64,000 bases of DNA from Dehalococcoidia bacterium (GTDB taxonomy: Bacteria; Chloroflexota; Dehalococcoidia; UBA6926): the NCBI GenBank assembly GCA_963665385.1, contig OY762213.1:468846-532845 (forward strand). The letters run 5' to 3'. The position numbers and the translations under genes are program-made. How positions within the stretch are numbered: the first letter of the stretch is position 1; every line of letters starts with the position of its first letter. Below the pieces are notes generated by a model. It did not search any database and was not told the origin of the DNA. It saw nothing but the letters and a program-made list of their open reading frames with translations. This document shows positions 55,444-64,000 of this stretch, piece after piece.

Positions 55444-57720
55444 ATGGTTGCAACACCTGAAAGGGCTATCGGACAGCCTATCGTGCGTGTCGACGCTGTC
55501 GAGCGCGTCAAGGGACGAGCCGTCTACGCGCCGGATCTCACACTGCCGGGCACGCTGCATTGCAAGATCCTGCGTAGCCCGTTCGCCCACGCCCGCATCA
55601 AGAGCATGGACACATCCGCCGCAGAGGCGTATCCCGGCGTCCAGGCCGTGGTCACTCACAAGGACCTGCCAACACTCGAGTCGGACGAGCAGGTCGGTGG
55701 TGAGGTCACATTGGACGCAGTCTATCTGCGCCAGTTCCTGATGGCATCGGATCGCGTCCTCTTCCACGGCCACCCCGTCGCCGCCGTCGCAGCAACCTCC
55801 CCGCATATCGCGGAAGAGGCGCTTGAACTCATCAAGGTCGACTATGAGCCGCTCCCGGCCGTCGTCGGCATTGAGGACGCCATCAAGGACGATGCCCCTG
55901 TTATCCATGAGGAAGTCCGCACGCGCGGCCTTGAGGGTCGCAGTGACAAACCCACCAACATCTCTGTTCACATGGAACTCGCTCGCGGCGATGTGGCCAA
56001 GGGTTACGAAGAGGCAGAAGTCGTCCGCGAAGCCGAATATCGCGTGGGCATGGTGCATCAGGGCTACATCGAGCCCCAGGCCTGCACCGTTGACGTCGAC
56101 GCCACCGGCCACATCACCATCTACACAACCACGCAGGCATCCTTCGCCAACAAGAGTCAGAACGCCGCCCTGCTTCAGCTCCCCCTCAACAAGGTCACCG
56201 TCGTACCCCTGGAGATCGGCGGCGGCTTCGGCGGCAAGGGATTCACAGTCCCTGAGCTCCCGACGGCACTGCTCGCGCTCAAGACCGGATCACCCGTCAA
56301 GACAGTTCTCAGCCGGGACGAGGTCTTCCGCGCCACCGGCCCCGCGCCGGACGCATACGTCTGGGTCAAGGCAGGCGCCAACAAGAAGGGTGAGGTCACC
56401 GCATTTGAGGCCAAATTCTACCTCGATGCCGGGTGCCTCCCGGGCTCCGCGCTCTACGTCAACAACATCCTCGTTGCCGGCCTCTCACCCTACAAGCTCC
56501 CGAACTTCCAGGCTGATGGCTACGACGTGCTCACCAACAAGTCTCGCTCGCAGGCCTACCGCGCCCCGGGTCTCCCGGAGGGCGCATTCGCCATCGAGAC
56601 CATGATGGACGAGCTCGCGCAGGCCCTGGACATGGATCCAATCGATCTCCGTATCGTCAATATGACGGACGACGGCGAGCCGATGAGCGATGGCATGGCA
56701 CTGCCAGTCACGCGATTCAAGGAAATCCTTGAGACCGTCAAGAAGCATGACTCGTGGTCATCGCCCGTGCCTGAGGGCCGCGGACGCGGTGTTGCTATTG
56801 GCATGCGCCGAGAGGGCTCCGGAACCTCCACCGCAACCATCCAGCTCAACAAGGACGCGACGTTCAGTCTGATTGTGGGGTCCGTTGATCTCACCGGCAC
56901 GCGCACATCCATGGCGCAGATCGCCGCCGAAGAGCTTGGCGTCACCGTCGAGGAGGTTCGCTCCACCGTCGGTGATACCGATTCCGTCGGCTACAGCGAT
57001 GGCTCTTGGGGCAGCCGCATAACCTACGTCACCGGCATGGCCGTTAAGAATGCGTCCGAAGACGTGATCAGCCAGCTCAAGGAGCTGGCTGCCGAGGGAT
57101 TCCAGGCGAACTCTGAGGACGTAGAGTACTCGGATCGCACATTCACTCTGCGTGACAACCCAGAGCAGTCAATCACGCTCTCAGAGCTTGCATTCAAGAG
57201 CGTGGGGATGGGCTTGGGAGCAGTCATTGGCAATGGCCTCGCCACTGGGGTCCGACCCGTCACGAGCTCCGGCGTCCAAATCGCCGAGGTTGAGATCGAC
57301 GACGACACGGGCCGTGCAACCATCGCCCGCTACACCGCATTCCAGGACCCCGGCCGCGCCATTAACCCGATGGCCGTTGAAGGCCAGGTTCAGGGCGCGG
57401 TCGCGCAGGGTGTCGGCTGGGCGCTCTGGGAGAACTACGAGTGGGGCGAGGACGGCATCCTCAAGAACGCCAACTTCCTCGACTACCGTATGCCCACCGC
57501 GCTTGACCTGCCGATGATTGAGACCATCTTCGTCGGTGGCCCGGCCCCGGAGAACCCGCTTGGTGTCAGGGGTGTCGGTGAAGTGCCAATCATCCCGCCG
57601 CTCCCGGCCGTCGGCAACGCCGTCAGCCGCGCGTCGGGCATCCGCCACCGCGAGATTCCCCTCAACCCAGAGCGCGTCTTCTGGACCACCCACAACGGCG
57701 GCTCCAACGGTGCCAAGTAA
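55444..57720 (+). CDS. Molybdopterin-binding large subunit of a xanthine-dehydrogenase-family hydroxylase
   Basis: IGQPIVRVDAVERVKGRAVYAPD hammerhead N-terminus, and SQAYRAPG, which is not the CO-dehydrogenase AYRCSFR motif. The ATG at 55444 lies 9 nt after GGAGG. Confidence 0.85.
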   Translation: MVATPERAIGQPIVRVDAVERVKGRAVYAPDLTLPGTLHCKILRSPFAHARIKSMDTSAAEAYPGVQAVVTHKDLPTLESDEQVGGEVTLDAVYLRQFLMASDRVLFHGHPVAAVAATSPHIAEEALELIKVDYEPLPAVVGIEDAIKDDAPVIHEEVRTRGLEGRSDKPTNISVHMELARGDVAKGYEEAEVVREAEYRVGMVHQGYIEPQACTVDVDATGHITIYTTTQASFANKSQNAALLQLPLNKVTVVPLEIGGGFGGKGFTVPELPTALLALKTGSPVKTVLSRDEVFRATGPAPDAYVWVKAGANKKGEVTAFEAKFYLDAGCLPGSALYVNNILVAGLSPYKLPNFQADGYDVLTNKSRSQAYRAPGLPEGAFAIETMMDELAQALDMDPIDLRIVNMTDDGEPMSDGMALPVTRFKEILETVKKHDSWSSPVPEGRGRGVAIGMRREGSGTSTATIQLNKDATFSLIVGSVDLTGTRTSMAQIAAEELGVTVEEVRSTVGDTDSVGYSDGSWGSRITYVTGMAVKNASEDVISQLKELAAEGFQANSEDVEYSDRTFTLRDNPEQSITLSELAFKSVGMGLGAVIGNGLATGVRPVTSSGVQIAEVEIDDDTGRATIARYTAFQDPGRAINPMAVEGQVQGAVAQGVGWALWENYEWGEDGILKNANFLDYRMPTALDLPMIETIFVGGPAPENPLGVRGVGEVPIIPPLPAVGNAVSRASGIRHREIPLNPERVFWTTHNGGSNGAK

Positions 57721-57730
57721 GACTAAGACC

Positions 57731-57776
57731 AAAGAGAAAGCCCCCTCCCGGGTACCCGGGAGGGGGCTTTCTCTTT
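57731..57776. terminator. 46-bp perfect palindrome, bidirectional terminator between convergent genes
   Basis: AAAGAGAAAGCCCCCTCCCGGGTACCCGGGAGGGGGCTTTCTCTTT. Confidence 0.7.
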
Positions 57777-57786
57777 TAATTCCCCC

Positions 57787-58539
57787 CTAGAAAGGCACGA
57801 ACCCCGTGCCCAACGAAATATCAGACATCAAAGCCGCCCCGAACAGCACGCTGGCTGACCCCGCGACGGCCGAAATTGCGCGGTTGGCCGCTCCCCTGTT
57901 TCCCACAAGAGCGAACGGCACGCCCATCAGGATTGTGATTGCCGCCATCGAGAGAACTGTCCCAACACCGAACAGGATCAAGTAACCCACACCTGCCCAG
58001 AACGATGGCAGTCCCTGCAACAAGATGAGCATGACCGCTGCGCTGCCGGCCAACCCGTGGACTACGCCGATTGAGTAAGACTTCACCCGGAAGAACGGCC
58101 TCCCAAGGTGGAAGAAACCGTGCCCGGATTCCACCGCTGCATCCTCCCCAGCTTCGTGCGTCCCGTGGATATGTACGTGGCGCACAGCGTCGTGACTATG
58201 CTCATGGACGTGCAGGCGACCTCGGGCCAGGTTCCAAAATACCTGCACCCCCAGCAGAACCATCATCACCCCAACCCCGAACTCAAATACGTGCGCCACC
58301 GACTCATAGCCGTCCAGCAGCCCACGGAACGCCAGGATGACGACCCCGAGGATCATCAAGGGAGTCGTATGGCCAAGTCCCCATGCGCCGCCCACCCACA
58401 AGCCGCGCCACACATTGCGATCCTCACCTACAATCGTCGACACCGCGACTACATGGTCAGCATCCGTCGCATGCTTCAGCCCAAGCAAAAAACCCAAGGC
58501 CAGTGCCGCCAGAAAACCCGCTTCAGCATCCATTCCCAA
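57787..58539 (-). CDS. Nickel/cobalt transporter, NicO/RcnA-like
   Basis: LGLKHATDADHVVAVSTIV (H-x-x-DADH motif), a His-rich loop HVHEHSHDAVRHVHIHGTHE, and six predicted TM helices. Confidence 0.6.
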   Translation of the reverse strand: MGMDAEAGFLAALALGFLLGLKHATDADHVVAVSTIVGEDRNVWRGLWVGGAWGLGHTTPLMILGVVILAFRGLLDGYESVAHVFEFGVGVMMVLLGVQVFWNLARGRLHVHEHSHDAVRHVHIHGTHEAGEDAAVESGHGFFHLGRPFFRVKSYSIGVVHGLAGSAAVMLILLQGLPSFWAGVGYLILFGVGTVLSMAAITILMGVPFALVGNRGAANRAISAVAGSASVLFGAALMSDISLGTGFVPF

Positions 58540-58640
58540 TTAACCCTCCAAATCCTGTAACTCCATAGTAGCGCCCCCGACACTACCCTCAACTTGCCGT
58601 CCTCCGTGTCGAATCCGAACTCCGCTCAGCCAGCGGCAAC

Positions 58641-58708
58641 TAGCCGGCACAGCCGGAACGCGGAGTTCCAGATCCACATGCCGTCTATCGGAGATCGCGA
58701 ACTCTAAG
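58641..58708. repeat. Single copy of the family-C unit
   Basis: AGCCGGAACGCGGA, about 33 nt, GATCGCGAACTCTAAGAA. This has the same ends as the tandem units at 62201-62350. Confidence 0.5.
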
Positions 58709-59678
58709 AATCACCAGCCAAAAACCGCCGCGGATTCTCCACAGTCATCAAGTGGATCGCCTCGTCCCCCACGCCCATCTCCCGCAGATACGGCACGAAT
58801 CGACGCCCGACAAACGCATACCCGTCTGGGTTTACTTGCCGATGCTTCTCCTCAGGAGCCCCCCAGGAATCATCCGGGTGCCTCTTCACCGACCAGTCAT
58901 GCGACAGCATCAACTGTCGCTCAAAACCCGCGTCCAGAAGCCGCTTCACCATGTCCGCCTTGTCCCGCCACGGCTCATTCAGCTGGTGTCCCGGCAACTC
59001 ATCCATCCCCAGGAAGACTCCCTCCCGCGCCAGGTTTGCCAGATACTCAAAGTCCGTCGCGTCTGAAGAATGGCCGATGCACACTCGCGCCGGGTCTACT
59101 CCCTCCTCCGCGAAGATGCGCCACTGCGACTCCCCAACCTTGTTCAGCGGTTGCGTATGCGTCGTGATCGGAATTTCTGTCTCATTCGATGCCCGCGACG
59201 CTGCTCGCAGAACCATCGCCTCCGCGTCTGAAAGCTCATAATTGTTATCTGCGACCTTTATCATCCCCGCTTTGATCCCCGTCCCTTCGATCCCCTCCAC
59301 AATCTCACGCACATAAACCGCCGCCATTCGGTCGGGGTGTGTGAACCAAATGAGACGAGGAATATCCACGTACGTTCCCGTCGACGCGATGATATTCACG
59401 CCGGAGCCCTCGGACACACGCTTCAACATAAGGACGTCACGACCCAGCTCGAAAGGCGTGGCGTCCATGATCGAATTCAGACCCTCAGCCCGCGCCTCGG
59501 ACAGCATCGCAATGCCCCCCGACTCAATCCCTTCCCAGTCCATCAGCTCCGGGTACGTCGCCTTGATGCCCGGGAAGCCGACAATCACATGCTCATGCGA
59601 CAGGGTGAACCCCAACTCAGAAGCCGCCACCGGCCCTCTAACTGTCTCCACCATCTCCCGCGCCATCACAACCTCCAT
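58704..59678 (-). CDS. Phosphotriesterase-family (PTE/Php) metal-dependent hydrolase
   Basis: ELGFTLSHEHVIVGF (HxH metal motif), ITTHTQ, IGHSSD. The start may instead be the ATG at 59666. Confidence 0.75.
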   Translation of the reverse strand: MEVVMAREMVETVRGPVAASELGFTLSHEHVIVGFPGIKATYPELMDWEGIESGGIAMLSEARAEGLNSIMDATPFELGRDVLMLKRVSEGSGVNIIASTGTYVDIPRLIWFTHPDRMAAVYVREIVEGIEGTGIKAGMIKVADNNYELSDAEAMVLRAASRASNETEIPITTHTQPLNKVGESQWRIFAEEGVDPARVCIGHSSDATDFEYLANLAREGVFLGMDELPGHQLNEPWRDKADMVKRLLDAGFERQLMLSHDWSVKRHPDDSWGAPEEKHRQVNPDGYAFVGRRFVPYLREMGVGDEAIHLMTVENPRRFLAGDS

Positions 59679-59682
59679 TGAT

Positions 59683-59720
59683 CCCCTCCCCCTCAGGGAG
59701 AGGGCTAAGGTGAGGGGTGC
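59683..59720. repeat. Family-B hairpin repeat
   Basis: CCCCTCCCCCTCAGGGAGAGGGCTAAGGTGAGGGGTGC. Confidence 0.65.
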
Positions 59721-59749
59721 TCCCCTGCCACTCGCGCTATCCTACCCCT

Positions 59750-60019
59750 ATGACACCCAACGACGACAATACTGGTGCCGCCCGCGTCATCCTCACTGCG
59801 ATCGCCGCCGATCTTCCCGGCATAGTGGACGATATCCTTGGCGCTATTGAACGCGCCGGCGCCACGATTGAAACGACCTCCGTCGCTTCCCTTGATACCG
59901 CTGTCAACGTCACCCTCCTCCTCCACGTCCCCAAAGATGGCACAACCCGACTCCGTGCCGCTCTCGTCGGCCTCACCGTCGAGAGGGACATTAAGTTCCA
60001 CGTTGACGACATGCCCTGA
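59750..60019 (+). CDS. Small ACT-domain-like protein
   Basis: The ATG at 59750. VILTAIAADLPGIVDDILGAIERAGATIETTSV resembles an ACT beta-alpha-beta unit. 89 aa. Confidence 0.4.
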   Translation: MTPNDDNTGAARVILTAIAADLPGIVDDILGAIERAGATIETTSVASLDTAVNVTLLLHVPKDGTTRLRAALVGLTVERDIKFHVDDMP

Positions 60020-60047
60020 CCCACACTCCCCCGCGTACAATGCTCCT

Positions 60048-60572
60048 ATGGACTCATCAACCCGGATCCTTGTCGGAATTGTCGCCGCAGTCATTGTCCT
60101 TGTCGTCCTGGCAATCGCCCTCCCCCGTCTCATTCAGGAGGAGGAGGCCGACTATCCGCCCAATACGCCGGAGGGCACCGTACAGCGATACATCCGCGCC
60201 ATGATCGATGAAGACGTCGATACCGCCCTCGCCCTCATGACCGACGAGATCGCTACCGCCTGCGTCGAAGACGAAATCCGGAATCGCTTGCGCTACTCCT
60301 CCTACGATGATCGTCGTGTCCGGCTTGGCGATGTCGAAGAGTCGGGTAGTGACACAGTCAGCATCACCGTCGGCGTCACGCATCGTCGCGAGCCTGGCCT
60401 CTTCCAGCTCCCCGAAGAGGGCAACACTGCCGAGTATGCGTTCGACCTCCAACGCTCAGCCGATGGCTTTTGGCTCATCTCAGATTCGGAATGGCCCATT
60501 GAGCTTGGATACATCCGCGAAGACTTCTGCGAACGCGAACCGCCCCCCACACCATCAGTATCCTCATCATGA
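60048..60572 (+). CDS. Membrane-anchored hypothetical protein (possibly an NTF2/SnoaL-like ectodomain)
   Basis: MDSSTRILVGIVAAVIVLVVLAIAL anchor, then GTVQRYIRAMIDEDVDTALALMTDE. Confidence 0.45.
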   Translation: MDSSTRILVGIVAAVIVLVVLAIALPRLIQEEEADYPPNTPEGTVQRYIRAMIDEDVDTALALMTDEIATACVEDEIRNRLRYSSYDDRRVRLGDVEESGSDTVSITVGVTHRREPGLFQLPEEGNTAEYAFDLQRSADGFWLISDSEWPIELGYIREDFCEREPPPTPSVSSS

Positions 60573-62119
60573 GCATTCCCCAGCGTTCATACGTCTATCT
60601 CGCCGCCTTTGCCGCATTCTGGCTCCTTCTGCAGGGCGCCTACGGCCTTGCCACTGATCTAACCGGCTCATTGGGTGGTCTCCTCAGCGGCGACACACCG
60701 GACGCCACGTGGATCGCTATGGTCATCGTCGCCCTTCCTGTCTGGCTCGCACATGAATTCCTGCTCCGTCGCGCCTCAACCGGCCACCCCGACGAAGTCG
60801 CCTCCGCGCTCCGCAAGCTATACGTCCACGCCGCCCTATTCCTCGCCGCCCTCTACATCTTCTTTGGCGCGTTGGAGTTCGTTCGAGGCATTCTCGGCGA
60901 AACGTCGGGTCTCGATCACATCGGGGGAGTCGCCGCCGCTTCTGCCCTCTGGTACTACCTGTGGCGACGCGAGAATCTCGAAGGCCAGCCCGGCAGCCGC
61001 GCCCAAACAGTCCAACGCTGGCGAATCTACGGCCTCAGCGTCCTCTTCCTCGCCACCGCCGTCACGGGGGCCTTCTGGATCATTGCTGCTCTCGCCTACG
61101 TCGCCTCAGGCGTCGCTCTGGCGGATTCAGACCTACTAATCACCGGGGAAACAGGGCTGGACGCAGTGAGAACAACCGCCTCATGGGCGCTCGCTGGAAC
61201 CATTGCCTGGGCCATACAATGGCGTGCTATCGCCGAGCGGGACGAAGAATCGGTCCTGCGTCAGGTCTACCTATATGGCTTCGCATTCATCGGCGGCGCA
61301 TCCCTGGCACTCTGGGGAGCGGCAGCAGCAATCTACTTCGTCATTGCCAAACTTGTCGGCGCAGACGACACCACAACTACTATCGCCTACATCAGGCAAT
61401 TCATCCTGCCCGCCGTCGCCCTTCTGATTGGCCTCGCCCTCCTCGCCTACCACTGGTCAATCATTCGCCGGGACGCCACCCGCAAAGCCATCACTGTTAT
61501 TCACGCGCAGGCCGGAATCCATCCCTCGTCCCTCACCGAATCCCCCCACCTCTCGGTCACATTCAAATACATCATGTCCGCCGTCGGCCTAATAGCCCTC
61601 GTACCGGGCGTCATGGTTCTTATCATGACCATCCTCTTCCTGCTGACCGAAGGCGACCTCCTCTCTCCGGGGAACGACGACGCCGAAGCACTTGCCGTCG
61701 CCCTAACCATGATCATCGTTGGCGCGCCCCTCTGGTTTACGTTCTGGTGGCGCGTCGTCCGCGCCGATCCGAATAGTCTTATCCGACGCATCTATCTCTA
61801 TGTCGCCCTCATTGCCCTCGGCGGTACAACCCTCATCACCCTAATAACCCTCCTCGCCGCCGTCCTCACAGAGATCCTTGGACAGGGCTCAGGTTTCCTT
61901 GATGATGCCCTCATCCCCGGCCTCTCAATCGTCCTTCCGGCCGCCGCATTTTTTGCCTACCACGTCCTCACCCTCCGCGAAGACTCCCAACGCACCCCAT
62001 CCGTCATGCCGAGCACAGTCGAGGAATCTGAAGACCAGATTGCCCAACCAACAACCTCCGTTTCGCCGATTCCCGGCCCCCCATACATCCTCCCCGACTG
62101 GAAACCCCCACGCCCCTAA
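60569..62119 (+). CDS. Polytopic integral membrane protein, unknown function
   Basis: 516 aa with many hydrophobic segments. Its start overlaps the previous stop (ATGA). Confidence 0.55.
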   Translation: MSIPQRSYVYLAAFAAFWLLLQGAYGLATDLTGSLGGLLSGDTPDATWIAMVIVALPVWLAHEFLLRRASTGHPDEVASALRKLYVHAALFLAALYIFFGALEFVRGILGETSGLDHIGGVAAASALWYYLWRRENLEGQPGSRAQTVQRWRIYGLSVLFLATAVTGAFWIIAALAYVASGVALADSDLLITGETGLDAVRTTASWALAGTIAWAIQWRAIAERDEESVLRQVYLYGFAFIGGASLALWGAAAAIYFVIAKLVGADDTTTTIAYIRQFILPAVALLIGLALLAYHWSIIRRDATRKAITVIHAQAGIHPSSLTESPHLSVTFKYIMSAVGLIALVPGVMVLIMTILFLLTEGDLLSPGNDDAEALAVALTMIIVGAPLWFTFWWRVVRADPNSLIRRIYLYVALIALGGTTLITLITLLAAVLTEILGQGSGFLDDALIPGLSIVLPAAAFFAYHVLTLREDSQRTPSVMPSTVEESEDQIAQPTTSVSPIPGPPYILPDWKPPRP

Positions 62120-62200
62120 CACCACCGCCCACCGAGAAAAGTCCGGAATACACTGCCAAGCCGGAACGCGGCGGGCCATCTACACTGACCAACCAAAGCC

Positions 62201-62350
62201 CGATCGCGAACTAGGAAAAGACCTTCGAAGCCGGAACGCGGAACACGAACTGAACTGGCCCAACAACAACGATCACGAACTAGAAAAAGACCTTCGAAGC
62301 CGGAACGCGGAACACTAACTAAACTGGCCCAACAACAACGATCGCGAACT
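62201..62350. repeat. Family-C tandem repeat, 69-70-bp period, about 2.2 copies
   Basis: CGATCGCGAACTAGGAAAAGACCTTCGAAGCCGGAACGCGGAACACGAACTGAACTGGCCCAACAACAA (from 62201). It restarts at 62270 (CGATCACGAACTAGAAAAAGACC...) and at 62340 (CGATCGCGAACTTCAAAAC). Confidence 0.85.
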
Positions 62351-62359
62351 TCAAAACAT

Positions 62360-62388
62360 TTGACACCCTCGGTATGCATGGGTATCGT
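62360..62388 (+). promoter_or_regulatory. Candidate promoter of dgt-dnaG
   Basis: TTGACA (62360-62365), 17 nt, TATCGT (62383-62388). Confidence 0.3.
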
Positions 62389-62496
62389 TGTTCCTGAACC
62401 CTTGACAGGGGCTATTTTTATTTGTGCCGAAAGCTGTTCACGCGGGTTGGTCAGGAACAGCAAAGCACAGGAGAGGCCGGGAAAACGACGCTGTCG

Positions 62497-63582
62497 ATGA
62501 ACGATCATCGTATCCGTCTGCGCCTTGAGCGGCTGGAGCAGGACACCCTCTCCCCGTTTGCTCAACTTAGCCATAAATCGCAGGGCCGGCGCGTTCCCGA
62601 AGAGCCTTCCTTTATGCGGACCGAGTACCAACGCGACCGTGACCGTGTCATCCATTCGAAGGCATTCCGACGCCTCAAGCACAAGACGCAGGTATTCATC
62701 GCCCCGGTCAGTGACCACTTCTCCACTCGTCTCTCGCACACAATCGAGGTAGCACAGATTGCGCGCTCCATAGCCCGTGCACTCCGCCTCAATGAAGACC
62801 TAACGGAAGCCATCGCGCTGGCACATGACCTCGGCCACACCCCGTTTGGCCACTTAGGTGAAGAGTTCATTGACGCGCGAATACCAGGCGGCTACCGTCA
62901 TGCGGAACAGAGCCTGCGGGTGGTCGATATGCTCGAAAAAGAGGGCAGGGGCCTCAACCTCACGTGGGAGGTTCGGCAGGGCGTCCTCAACCACTCCAAG
63001 GGCCGCGGCAGCCTGCGCCCCATCCGCCGTGCCGAAGCTGAAGTCACCCTTGAGGCCGAAATCTGCCGCCTCAGCGACGCCATCGCCTACGTCAACCATG
63101 ACATTGGCGACGCCATCCGCGCCGGCGTTATCGATCCTGATGACATCCCCGTTCACGTCCGCCGGACACTCGGCAGCCGTCATGCCGAGCGCCTGAACAC
63201 AATCATCGCGGACCTCGTTGAAACCTCGTGGGCCGTCACCGGTGAAGGCGAATCCGTCGGCACAGATCGCCCTTCAATCGAAATGAGCCAATCCGTTCTC
63301 CAGGCCGTGATCGATCTGCGAGAGTTCCTCTTTGACAACGTCTATCTCGTCGCCGCGCGTGAACAGAGTGAAGACCCACTCAACATCCTCGAGACACTCT
63401 GGGATGCCCTCGTCAACAACCCGGAGCTGATACCGGAAGGCTACGCCCGTCCCGGAGACGAGCCGAACCGACGGGCCGTCGACTACATCTCCGGCATGAC
63501 CGACCAATTCGCCGCGCGGGCAGCTCAGGATCTAAGGGCAGGCCGCGTCCCTGAGATGCCGTTGGCTGAGGTGGCGCTATGA
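62497..63582 (+). CDS. dgt: dGTP triphosphohydrolase-like HD-domain protein
   Basis: The ATG at 62497. RDRDRVIHSKAFRRLKHKTQVF, THTIEVAQIARSIA and LAHDLGHTPFGH. Confidence 0.85.
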   Translation: MNDHRIRLRLERLEQDTLSPFAQLSHKSQGRRVPEEPSFMRTEYQRDRDRVIHSKAFRRLKHKTQVFIAPVSDHFSTRLSHTIEVAQIARSIARALRLNEDLTEAIALAHDLGHTPFGHLGEEFIDARIPGGYRHAEQSLRVVDMLEKEGRGLNLTWEVRQGVLNHSKGRGSLRPIRRAEAEVTLEAEICRLSDAIAYVNHDIGDAIRAGVIDPDDIPVHVRRTLGSRHAERLNTIIADLVETSWAVTGEGESVGTDRPSIEMSQSVLQAVIDLREFLFDNVYLVAAREQSEDPLNILETLWDALVNNPELIPEGYARPGDEPNRRAVDYISGMTDQFAARAAQDLRAGRVPEMPLAEVAL

Positions 63583-64000
63583 CCGTCGTTGATGACGTCA
63601 AGGCCCGCACCGACATCGTCGACCTTATCCAGTCGCGGGTGCCGCTGAAGAAGGCCGGGCGCAACTTCAAGGCCAACTGCCCGTTCCACAATGAGAACAC
63701 GCCCTCATTCATCGTTTTCCCGGAGCGCGGCTCATGGCACTGCTTCGGAGCGTGCGGCACCGGCGGGGACGCCTTCTCATTCATCCAGCGCGCGGATAAC
63801 CTCACCTTCTCGGAAGCACTGTCACGGCTCGCCGAGCGCGCCGGTGTCACCATCCCCGACAATCGTCGTCAGGATGAAGCCCAGCGCAAACAGAACGATG
63901 TTCTCTATACCGCCCTCCAGAACGCCGCCGACTACTTCCATCGCATTCTCACTTTTTCGCCTGCCGGCGAGCAGGCGCTTCGTTATCTGACGGAGCGCGG
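63579..64000 (+). CDS. dnaG: DNA primase (5' part; continues beyond the window)
   Basis: The ATG at 63579 overlaps the dgt stop. MTVVDDVKARTDIVDLIQSRVPLKKAGRNFKANCPFHNENTPSFIVFPERGSWHCFGCG-type CHC2 zinc finger. Confidence 0.9.
   Translation, partial: MTVVDDVKARTDIVDLIQSRVPLKKAGRNFKANCPFHNENTPSFIVFPERGSWHCFGACGTGGDAFSFIQRADNLTFSEALSRLAERAGVTIPDNRRQDEAQRKQNDVLYTALQNAADYFHRILTFSPAGEQALRYLTER

Noticed and set aside
55444-57720. Aerobic carbon-monoxide dehydrogenase (CoxL) identity for the Mo subunit
   Set aside because: The active-site loop reads SQAYRAPG rather than the AYRCSFR (form I) signature. The embedded hydrolase genes also argue for a heterocycle or aldehyde hydroxylase.
58540-58703. 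A metal-sensing (NiCo) or cobalamin riboswitch in the 164-nt region upstream of the Ni/Co transporter gene
   Set aside because: I could not recognise the conserved cores of either class by eye, and the segment largely corresponds to a family-C repeat copy. This needs an Rfam/Infernal scan before any claim.
1-64000. A mobile genetic element with recognisable machinery (transposase, integrase, phage, conjugation genes) or rRNA genes
   Set aside because: None of the ORFs shows DDE, tyrosine or serine recombinase, capsid or terminase motifs. The only mobility signatures are short repeats and two low-GC orphan genes.

Overview
All family assignments here come from motifs I recognise by eye; no homology search, HMM or folding tool was run. 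This is a high-GC window: sampled 60-nt blocks give about 57 % against 40-52 % in two islets. It looks like bacterial chromosome. The gene content suggests a Chloroflexota/SAR202-like marine heterotroph: sortase, lipobox-anchored solute-binding proteins, archaeal-type PEP carboxylase and many CaiB-type CoA-transferases. That taxonomic guess is inference only.

Housekeeping backbone:
- thrS, pyrG, rho, polA, trxA-trxB, a tRNA-Sec (selC), dgt-dnaG and meaB.
- A full pstS-(arsC)-pstC-pstA-pstB-pstB-phoU phosphate locus.

Metabolic content:
- Four family-III CoA-transferase modules, two of them fused in one ORF.
- A split ADP-forming acyl-CoA synthetase.
- A molybdenum-hydroxylase cluster (FAD and 2Fe-2S subunits, then an amidohydrolase, then two tandem M20 peptidase paralogues, then the Mo subunit).
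- A phosphotriesterase-family hydrolase and a Ni/Co transporter.

Structures most worth a second look:
1. A low-GC orphan gene fusing an HNH nuclease to a DGQHR (DndB/ParB-like) module. It sits beside vapBC and is framed by palindromic repeats. It is my best candidate for an undescribed defence nuclease.
2. A second low-GC orphan encoding a PD-(D/E)XK nuclease.
3. An array of five family-5 solute-binding protein genes with no transporter genes nearby. Four are roughly 2.05-kb tandem units, each with its own conserved promoter/dyad and terminator. One is freshly pseudogenised.
4. Three families of short dispersed or tandem repeats. Two copies are inserted in frame inside a ycaQ-like gene.
5. 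A 1132-aa acidic secreted surface protein with a long leader.
6. A Rho factor with a roughly 215-aa repetitive N-terminal extension.

No transposase, integrase, CRISPR array, rRNA or prophage gene was seen.
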